DNA from: an uncultured Candidatus Sumerlaeota bacterium
GTDB taxonomy: Bacteria; Sumerlaeota; Sumerlaeia; MVZB01; JAJFLK01
Reading direction: 5' to 3'
DNA: 38,827 bases
Assembly (NCBI GenBank): GCA_964586185.1
Contig: CAZPIK010000003.1
Location: 1-38,827, forward strand
A program made the position numbers and the translations under genes. How positions within the stretch are numbered: the first letter of the stretch is position 1; every line of letters begins with the position of its first letter. The notes under the pieces are model-generated. The model made no database searches and had not been told where the DNA came from. It saw nothing but the letters and a program-made list of their open reading frames with translations. Positions 9,732-16,362 of this stretch are shown in pieces.

Positions 9732-9777
9732 GTAGGTCGGCTCTTCGAGCCGACGTCGGGTCGGAGACCCGACCTAC
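9732..9777. repeat. Twin-hairpin REP-like element
   Basis: GTCGGCTC-TTC-GAGCCGAC (9736-9754) is followed directly by GTCGGGTC-GGA-GACCCGAC (9755-9773), enclosed by GTAGG...CCTAC. Located between the stop at 9815 and the LamG gene start at 9665. Confidence 0.85.
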
Positions 9778-9814
9778 ACCTAAACGCAACGGGATTCGCC
9801 GGACGATCCGGGAT

Positions 9815-10270
9815 TTAGCTCGGAAAGGTTTTAGGAGGTGGAGCAATCGGCCCGCGAGTCATGCTGGCCGGAATATCGAAAAATGCGGGTGACTTCTCGC
9901 GGTTGATGGATGCGATGAAGGGGACTTCCGAATCAGGCGACAAGAACAAATAGGCCAACGATGCAGGAAACAAATCGTTTTGCGAGGAGCCCCCTTCACG
10001 ACAAGGAGGAACATTGAAGGCGATTCCCAAACCCGCAACGGGCGCGGGCTTCTTCATACAGACGTGGCCTTGCCCCGTGAAACAGGCGTCGGTGCAGTGG
10101 GGACAATTATGATCCGAATCCTCCGGCTCAGCGGCAGGTTCGGCGACTTCGACGGGAGGGTGAGTTTCAGCAAGAGACTTCGCGACGAGCAGCCCAAGCT
10201 CAATGGAGCCGTTCAGAAGAACAACCCCAAGCGCCAGCCAAGCCGCGAACTGTCTGAGCTTCTTTCCCAC
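9815..10270 (-). CDS. Hypothetical membrane-anchored Cys/His-rich protein
   Basis: 151 aa. N-terminal TM helix (FAAWLALGVVLLNG), acidic Pro-rich linker, then HNCPHCTDACFTGQGHVC cluster. The overlapping plus-strand ORF is Arg-rich and shadow-like. No family recognised. Confidence 0.5.
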   Translation of the reverse strand: MGKKLRQFAAWLALGVVLLNGSIELGLLVAKSLAETHPPVEVAEPAAEPEDSDHNCPHCTDACFTGQGHVCMKKPAPVAGLGIAFNVPPCREGGSSQNDLFPASLAYLFLSPDSEVPFIASINREKSPAFFDIPASMTRGPIAPPPKTFPS

Positions 10271-10372
10271 CGCAATGCTGCTCCCGCGCCACTCATACAG
10301 GATGACCGCCCCAAATTCAATGCGGTTTGGCGGACTGGATTTTTTGCGGTGCTGTCCGAAGGGAATTCTTCG

Positions 10373-10744
10373 TTAACGCAATCCACCCAATCGGAGTGAG
10401 TAATTGCGCATGGGTTTGAGAGTGCCGCTGGTGGGATCCACGGCCATGCCGAGTGCTTCAAGCGCTTCGACGCCGAGTAAAGGTTCGTCACAATCCATGA
10501 TGAGTGCGGGGGTGGCCACGGATCGATCCCCGATTTGGACTCGAACGAGCGCAATATCAGCCTCGATTTTCTGACCATTCGCCAAGGTCACTTTTTCCTT
10601 CGTCGGAAAGGGAGCAAGCCCCAGCCGCTTGGCCAATTCGGGAGAAACCAATGAATAGGTCGCGCCAGTATCTACAAGTAGCGAAACTTTTTCGGAGTTC
10701 ACGCCGCTGAGTGTCGTTTCTTGCATGACATGCCCCATCGCCAT
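10373..10744 (-). CDS. Retropepsin-like (clan AA) aspartic protease, single domain
   Basis: 123 aa from ATG 10744 (or 10738). LLVDTGATYSLV active-site motif, a conserved-looking EPLLGVEALEALG tail, GGGAG RBS at 10748-10752. The ORF-track start at 10786 lacks an RBS. Confidence 0.75.
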   Translation of the reverse strand: MAMGHVMQETTLSGVNSEKVSLLVDTGATYSLVSPELAKRLGLAPFPTKEKVTLANGQKIEADIALVRVQIGDRSVATPALIMDCDEPLLGVEALEALGMAVDPTSGTLKPMRNYSLRLGGLR

Positions 10745-10931
10745 TTTCTCCCGGTAACTAAATCCATCTCTCTCTTCATTATCCATATTTCTTGTTTAAC
10801 GGCGAGTGATAATGCCGATTTTGGCTCGATTGCTGAAATTTAAGAATGGAGCTTCGCCCGCGCATCGAGCAAAATCATGTGCTTCGAGAGCGCTCTGCGC
10901 TGAATTGACAACCGCGAGGTAAATACGTCCG

Positions 10932-12233
10932 ATGTCCAAACTTGCCCTTCAAGGCGGATTCAAAGTCCGCACAACGCCCTGGCCTGCGTGGCCGATTCAC
11001 GACGAGGAAGAAGTCCGCGCCGTTACTGAGGTCGTACGGTCCGGTCAGTGGGGCGGATATCCGATGCCGAACGTCCACGCGAAGGCTTTCGCCGAGGCGT
11101 TCGCGAAGCACCACAACGCGAAGCACGCGCAATGCGTTGCGAACGGAACGGTGTCGCTTGAAATTGCGCTTGAGGCGTTGCGCGTCGAGTCGGGCGCGGA
11201 GGTCATCGTCCCCGCTTACACGTTCGAGGCGACCGCCGCCGCCGCGCTTTACAACGGCTGCGCGCCGGTCTTCGTGGATATTGACCCGGCGACCTACACG
11301 ATTGATCCCGCCGCCATCGAAGCCGCGATCACGAGCAAGACGCAGGCGATCATCCCCGTCCATCTTGCGTGTCGCATCGCCGACATGGATCGGATCATGA
11401 AAATCGCAAAGAAGCACGGCCTCAAGGTCTTGGAAGATTGCGCGCACGCCCACGGCGGAAAATGGAACGGCAAAGGAGTCGGCTCGCTCGGCGACGCGGG
11501 ATCGTTCTCGATGCAATCGAGCAAACTGATGACGGCGGGCGAAGGGGGAATCGTCACGACGAATCACGACGAGGTCTTCGATTACCTTTTCGCACTGACC
11601 AATTGCGGGCGTCAACGTCCCGAAGGAGCGCTCGGCGCGGAAGTCATCGGCCATAATTATCGGCTCTCCGATTTGCAGGCGGCGATTTTGGAAGTTCAAT
11701 TCAAACGTCTCCCCGCGCAGCACGAATTGCGCAACAAAAACATGAAAGTCATGGATGAGGGCTTGCCGAAAATTCCCGGGCTTTCGACTTTGAAACGTGA
11801 TCCGCGCATCACGACTCAAGCGGCCTACCAGTACGTTTTCAAATATAACGCCGAGGCGTTTGGCGGCGTCTCGCGCGATGCGTTCGTTGTCGCCTTGAAT
11901 GCCGAAGGGGTTCCATGCGACGGCCTCTTTTACGAATGCCTTTACGCAAGTCCGCTCATGAAAGTGAACGCCAAACGCTATCCCGCATGGGCAGCGACGG
12001 CAGCTTCGCGTGAATACGATTGCCCGCATAGCTGGCGCGCGGCGTACGAAGAGGCCGTGTGGATTCCGCACCAACTTTTCCTCGGAACCGAGGCCGACGC
12101 GAAACAAGTCTTGGAGGCGATTGAAAAAGTCTGCGCGAACCACAAGGACCTGATCGGGTTTGAGCATCCTGAAATCGAAATCGCGGCAACTTCGCGACTC
12201 AAGCGGACGGAACTTCAGGTGCGGAAGAAATAG
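10932..12233 (+). CDS. DegT/DnrJ/EryC1/StrS-family PLP-dependent sugar aminotransferase
   Basis: 433 aa. PxWP ... EEVRAVTEVVRSGQW, IPVHL, EDCAHAHG and FSMQSSKLMTAGEGG (PLP lysine region) are typical of this family. Confidence 0.9.
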   Translation: MSKLALQGGFKVRTTPWPAWPIHDEEEVRAVTEVVRSGQWGGYPMPNVHAKAFAEAFAKHHNAKHAQCVANGTVSLEIALEALRVESGAEVIVPAYTFEATAAAALYNGCAPVFVDIDPATYTIDPAAIEAAITSKTQAIIPVHLACRIADMDRIMKIAKKHGLKVLEDCAHAHGGKWNGKGVGSLGDAGSFSMQSSKLMTAGEGGIVTTNHDEVFDYLFALTNCGRQRPEGALGAEVIGHNYRLSDLQAAILEVQFKRLPAQHELRNKNMKVMDEGLPKIPGLSTLKRDPRITTQAAYQYVFKYNAEAFGGVSRDAFVVALNAEGVPCDGLFYECLYASPLMKVNAKRYPAWAATAASREYDCPHSWRAAYEEAVWIPHQLFLGTEADAKQVLEAIEKVCANHKDLIGFEHPEIEIAATSRLKRTELQVRKK

Positions 12234-12341
12234 CGAACGACAAATGCTAACAGCCGCCGAATGTTGTTCAAGAATTGAAGTTTTAAGGCCGTTGCGGAGC
12301 AACCAATTAGCGTGGTAAATTTCCGAACGGGAGACGCGATC

Positions 12342-12551
12342 ATGCATACCTTCACGGCGGTCATTGAGCATTGTCCCGACACGGGCATGTTTGTGGGTTA
12401 TGTGCCCGGATTCCCCGGCGCGCACAGTCAGGGCGAGACCTTGGACGAGCTGAACGCCAATCTTCAAGAAGTCATCGAGATGCTGCTTGAAGACGGGCTT
12501 CCGAAGATGCAGTCCGATTTCGTCGGCACACAATTGGTTTGTGTTTCTTGA
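12342..12551 (+). CDS. HicB-family antitoxin-like protein (UPF0150 fold), no intact hicA partner
   Basis: 69 aa. MHTFTAVIEHCPDTGMFVGYVPGFPGAHSQGETLDELNANLQEVIEMLLE matches the HicB N-domain pattern. GGGAG RBS 8 nt upstream of ATG 12342. Confidence 0.75.
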   Translation: MHTFTAVIEHCPDTGMFVGYVPGFPGAHSQGETLDELNANLQEVIEMLLEDGLPKMQSDFVGTQLVCVS

Positions 12552-12685
12552 TCCGTTTCCGAATTTCAATCTCCGTCGCCCACGTACGTGGGCTTGAGGA
12601 TTTTGGATGGCGCCTTTTCCAGCGTTCGTCTCGCTCCGCGAGACTTCACGCTTCGCTTTATTACGCCATCCGCTTCGCGGATTGA
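12548..12685 (+). pseudogene. Possible decayed hicA remnant
   Basis: A TTG start overlaps the hicB TGA. The 45 codons read (M)IRFRISISVAHVRGLEDFGWRLFQRSSRSARLHASLYYAIRFAD. LEDFGW..FQRSSRSARLH lines up without gaps against the HicA core LEKxGF..RQKGSHHILRH, but the GSH His is replaced and the C-terminal half is missing. Confidence 0.2.
12578..12593. repeat. Perfect 16-nt palindrome GCCCACGTACGTGGGC
   Basis: Read directly from the sequence. Lies 27 nt downstream of the hicB-like stop and is followed by TTGAGGATTTTGG. Could be a hairpin/terminator or a dimeric binding site. Confidence 0.6.
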
Positions 12686-12715
12686 AGAAAGAACTGTTGG
12701 GGAGGAATACGCGGC

Positions 12716-12916
12716 CTAAACCGCCTCAAATTCGAGCGCGTGCGGTTTAAGGTTCGATGTGCGCTTGGATAGATGAAGCATCTCGATGCCGACGACTTCG
12801 TTGTGCTCGTTGTAATCCAGAATGACTCCGGGCGCGACTTCATCCGATTCCACTATTTTAGAATCATCCAGCCGCAAGTAGAGGGCATCGGCGGTCTTGT
12901 CCACGTGAAGTCTCAT
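12716..12916 (-). CDS. DUF2283 domain protein (putative antitoxin-like partner)
   Basis: 66 aa. VDKTADALYLRLDD ... GVILDYNEHNEVVGIEMLHLSKR matches the DUF2283 pattern. Overlaps the upstream DUF4258 gene by 4 nt (ATGA). Confidence 0.75.
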   Translation of the reverse strand: MRLHVDKTADALYLRLDDSKIVESDEVAPGVILDYNEHNEVVGIEMLHLSKRTSNLKPHALEFEAV

Positions 12917-13164
12917 ATTTTTTCCCTCATCCCACGGTCAAAGAATACACTTACAACCCGATGCGGTTCAACCGTCGTGTTGACGGCCACACGAAGAACC
13001 CGCCCGTTATATTCAGGAATCCGCCGAAAGTAGCGCGTTACTGTCGCATCGTCAGGATCAAGTTGTCTCAACTCTGGTTCAGTCAATGTGCGATCCACCC
13101 ACTCCAACGGAATTTCGCGTTCGGCCAATGCTTTTGCGGCGTGTACGGTCAGTTCGAATTTCAT
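12913..13164 (-). CDS. DUF4258 domain protein (putative toxin-like partner)
   Basis: 83 aa. LTVHAAKALAEREIPLEWVDRTL ... GRVLRVAVN ... VVSVFF resembles DUF4258. Confidence 0.7.
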   Translation of the reverse strand: MKFELTVHAAKALAEREIPLEWVDRTLTEPELRQLDPDDATVTRYFRRIPEYNGRVLRVAVNTTVEPHRVVSVFFDRGMREKI

Positions 13165-13331
13165 CCCGTTCTCTCGCCCTTCCCTGCTGGTTCTTGATCA
13201 TACACAGTGCGGGTACGCATAATCCATTAAGACATGAAAGATCAAGTCCTTGCAGTGATTAGATAAATTGTAAACAAACCCGTATTCGCGTAGCGTTCCA
13301 GCCTACCCCAGTTTAGGTATGGAGTAACCTC

Positions 13332-14735
13332 ATGAAGAATATTTGGCTCGCGTTAATGGTGCTCGCTCTCGCGACCGCTTGTGCGACCTCCGGCGGCGCG
13401 CCAGAAGCAGATCCTATACTCGGTGAATGGATTGGTAGTCTTGAAGGCGACCCGTTTAAGTATGTATTTAATGTGGATAGCACGGCAACCATGACATTTG
13501 ATCAATCAGTGGAACAGTTGAAGTTCCACTGGTTCCGGGATGCGGATGGGACATACCAATTTCGCGAAAAGCCCGATTCCACACGATCGTTTGTAACTGG
13601 CGTTATTGAAAAAGATGGGCGGCTCGCAGTTAGAGACGCTGAGGATGACCACCGTCGAGTAATTTATCTGAAGCGAGGCGTCCTCAAGCCAAAACCTGAT
13701 CCAGCCAAACCTAAACCCAAAGCCGCAGTCCAGGCCGTTGATCCAAAAGATGATCCTGTCATTGGCGAATGGGTGGGCACGGGGATTTATAAAATACTAA
13801 AAGTGGTTTTCAAAGCGGACAAGTCCGTAGTGGTAGGTGAGGAAAATGCCAAGTGGACTCGCGATTCCTCTGGGACATATCTCATATATTATAAAGAAGG
13901 CGAACCCCCAGATGAAGGTATGAAGGCTACCTTAGAGTCCGATGGTCGGTTGGGACTTATGATGGACCCGGAGTCAGATGAGGTCATTCATCTGAACCGT
14001 CCCGGCGCGGGCAAACCTACTGGACCCCCGCCCGATCCAAAAGCCTTGGTTGGCGAATGGACGTTTGTTTACACCAAGAATGCGATCATGCCCATTGCGC
14101 CAGGCTTTACTTCCATCGCATTTGACGGCGATGGCGGCGTACGTTGGATCAGTCCGTTTTTGGAAAAGGATATGAAGGGCAAGGTCAAAGCCAAAGACCG
14201 GACACTTACCTTTAGCGGAGGAGGATCGGGGAGCGGCAGTACCAAAGTCGCGAACTCCGGCGACTTCGAGTATGCATTCGAGGACGATGGCAAGACGCTG
14301 ATCCTTGCGCCCCAATCCCATGCTCCCGATATTACTGCCGATTGGGTGTTCAAGAAGAAAGCCGACATTCTGGCCAATCCGATTGTCGGAACTTGGATGT
14401 CGAAAAACGAAGAACTGGGACTGGACGCAGATGTGGAGCTTGAAGTGCTTGCGGACGGACGCCGAACTTTTACCATGCACTTTCCGCCGGACTCCGAATT
14501 TGCAAAAAATCCCCCGCCACCGAATAAGGACGGCTTCTTTGTATTCTGGCAATCTGCGCTCGGACCCGCCGTGACGCACGTCAACTTCGCCCGCGAAATG
14601 GGAATGTTCAGCTTCGACCTGATGCTTTATGAGCGTAAAGGGGAAACTCTCACCACCACGCCGATCCGGGTGGACCCGGAGGGCGGAATGAAGGCCGTGG
14701 AAGAGGTCAAGATGACGTGGACGCTTAAGAAATAA
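13332..14735 (+). CDS. Lipoprotein with four lipocalin-like repeat modules
   Basis: 467 aa. Lipobox LALATAC. Four ~90-120-aa modules each open with (D/N)P(I/V)(L/I/V)G(E/T)W (DPILGEWIGS, DPVIGEWVGT, KALVGEWTF, NPIVGTWMS), joined by Pro/Lys-rich linkers. Confidence 0.8.
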   Translation: MKNIWLALMVLALATACATSGGAPEADPILGEWIGSLEGDPFKYVFNVDSTATMTFDQSVEQLKFHWFRDADGTYQFREKPDSTRSFVTGVIEKDGRLAVRDAEDDHRRVIYLKRGVLKPKPDPAKPKPKAAVQAVDPKDDPVIGEWVGTGIYKILKVVFKADKSVVVGEENAKWTRDSSGTYLIYYKEGEPPDEGMKATLESDGRLGLMMDPESDEVIHLNRPGAGKPTGPPPDPKALVGEWTFVYTKNAIMPIAPGFTSIAFDGDGGVRWISPFLEKDMKGKVKAKDRTLTFSGGGSGSGSTKVANSGDFEYAFEDDGKTLILAPQSHAPDITADWVFKKKADILANPIVGTWMSKNEELGLDADVELEVLADGRRTFTMHFPPDSEFAKNPPPPNKDGFFVFWQSALGPAVTHVNFAREMGMFSFDLMLYERKGETLTTTPIRVDPEGGMKAVEEVKMTWTLKK

Positions 14736-14762
14736 GGTAAGACTTATGCCAAGTTTGAATTC

Positions 14763-14831
14763 TAGCCGCGAAAAGGCGCAAGAGACGCAAAAGTAAAATT
14801 GTTTTGTGCCTTCTGCGCTTTTTCGCGGCTA
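14763..14831. repeat. Long imperfect hairpin repeat, family 1, copy A
   Basis: 30-nt arms TAGCCGCGAAAAGGCGCAAGAGACGCAAAA / TTTTGTGCCTTCTGCGCTTTTTCGCGGCTA with a 9-nt loop. 25/30 Watson-Crick pairs, and 3 of the 5 mismatches are G-U. Starts 27 nt after the lipoprotein stop. Confidence 0.85.
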
Positions 14832-14846
14832 AAATCTTGAAGGATT

Positions 14847-15851
14847 ATGAAAGAAGTGGGCGACATTACCTTGAATCCCCCCGGATCCACTATTCACCTA
14901 GATGAACTTCCGGATGGGCGTCGGCGTGTGCGCGTCGAGCTGGCCGATCCGTCGGTCTTTTCGCCCCGGCTTTCATTTGATACAACTTATCCCCCCGAAC
15001 TGATCGAAGCGTTACTGGAGATCAAAGGTCCCGCCTACCTTTGCGATGAACTTGCGCGGGATGAGGATCCGACTTGCATCGAGGAGCGCCTCATGAAGAC
15101 GCTCCTAAGTTACGTTGATGAAAAAGATTTTTGCGGCAAGCGCATACTGGATTTTGGCTGTGGGAGCGGCGCTTCGACGATGATCCTTGCGCGGAAGTTT
15201 CCCGAAACGGAGATCGTGGGGATCGAACTCAACGCGCGGTTGCTTTCCGGCTCGGAGGCGCGGCTCAAGCATTACAAATATCCGCGCGTGACGCTCAAGC
15301 TCTCCCCCACCGGCACGGAACTCCCCGAAGGGATCGGGACGTTCGACTTCATCATCATGAACGCGGTTTTCGAGCACCTGCTGCCGGATGAGCGACGCGA
15401 ATTGATGCCGAAGCTTTGGCGGATGCTGAACAAGGACGGCATCCTCTTTATTGACGAAACGCCCAACCGTATTTATCACACCGAAGGGCACACGACGCGT
15501 TTGCCCCTTATCAATTATCTTCCCGATTCGCTGGCTCACGCGGCGGTGCGGCGATTTTCCTTTCGTTTCAGAAATCAATCGTGGCCGACTTTACTGCGCG
15601 AAGGAGTGCGCGGCGGAACCGAAAGCGAGTTGCTCGGCCTGCTCGCGGGTGAGAGCGGCCATCGCCCAGCGATTTTGGAGCCTTCCCACATGGGGCTGAA
15701 CGACCGCATTGACCTTCAGTTTTCGCTTTATCGGCGAGCGCAATTCGCCACGTTCAAGCATCGGTTCCTGCGCGGCTCGCTAAAAATCTTCAAGCGCATT
15801 ACAGGGATTACTTATCTGCCGGTGCTCTCGGTCGCGCTCAAGAAGTCATAA
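14847..15851 (+). CDS. Class I SAM-dependent methyltransferase
   Basis: 334 aa. ILDFGCGSGASTMILA (motif I), EIVGIELN and FDFIIMNAVFEHL follow a ~95-aa N-terminal extension. Confidence 0.8.
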   Translation: MKEVGDITLNPPGSTIHLDELPDGRRRVRVELADPSVFSPRLSFDTTYPPELIEALLEIKGPAYLCDELARDEDPTCIEERLMKTLLSYVDEKDFCGKRILDFGCGSGASTMILARKFPETEIVGIELNARLLSGSEARLKHYKYPRVTLKLSPTGTELPEGIGTFDFIIMNAVFEHLLPDERRELMPKLWRMLNKDGILFIDETPNRIYHTEGHTTRLPLINYLPDSLAHAAVRRFSFRFRNQSWPTLLREGVRGGTESELLGLLAGESGHRPAILEPSHMGLNDRIDLQFSLYRRAQFATFKHRFLRGSLKIFKRITGITYLPVLSVALKKS

Positions 15852-15927
15852 ATATGACCGCAGCGATACTCGATTGGGCTTGCGCATTTTATTCGTCCAT
15901 CCGAGCATACCTCTAAAGAGTTTTGGA

Positions 15928-16287
15928 ATGGCCGATCTGAAATTTGAGCGCCGCTCGAACTATCTTCTCGTCCAACTCGAAGGATCGGTTGGCGCGGGGG
16001 ATTTGGTCCATTTTCCGACCGCATTTGAGCACATGCGAAGCGGCGGATATGACACCATGCTGGTGGATATTCGCCGTGCGGAACTTAAATTGGACGGCAT
16101 GGGTCGCTGGCTTATGGGATTCGATCTCGCCAAGTCCATTCCCGCGAACCTCCGATTCGGTGTTCTTGTTTCTCCCGATCACCTAAGCGTAGGTCGTCCC
16201 GTCGAGCTTGTGCTCAAGAATCGTTTGCCCGGTTTCCGGCTCTTCGAAGATTCAGCCGAGGCCGAAAAATGGGCTTCCGGAGCGTAG
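15928..16287 (+). CDS. Hypothetical protein, possibly STAS/SpoIIAA-like
   Basis: 119 aa from MADLKFERRSNYLLVQLEGSV. The size and alternating pattern fit a STAS-like fold, but this is a weak call. The ORF-track start is at 15874. Confidence 0.4.
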   Translation: MADLKFERRSNYLLVQLEGSVGAGDLVHFPTAFEHMRSGGYDTMLVDIRRAELKLDGMGRWLMGFDLAKSIPANLRFGVLVSPDHLSVGRPVELVLKNRLPGFRLFEDSAEAEKWASGA

Positions 16288-16362
16288 TCGCTTTCCTCAC
16301 TTCATTTTTAACCCGCCATTGCGGTCATTAACAGAGCATGAGAATATAAGCCGTTTCCCAAT

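Noticed and set aside
10875-12569. 564-aa minus-strand ORF covering the whole DegT-type aminotransferase gene
   Set aside because: Arg/Gly/Val-rich with no recognisable motifs, and exactly antisense to a gene with clear family motifs. This is a typical shadow ORF in GC-rich DNA.
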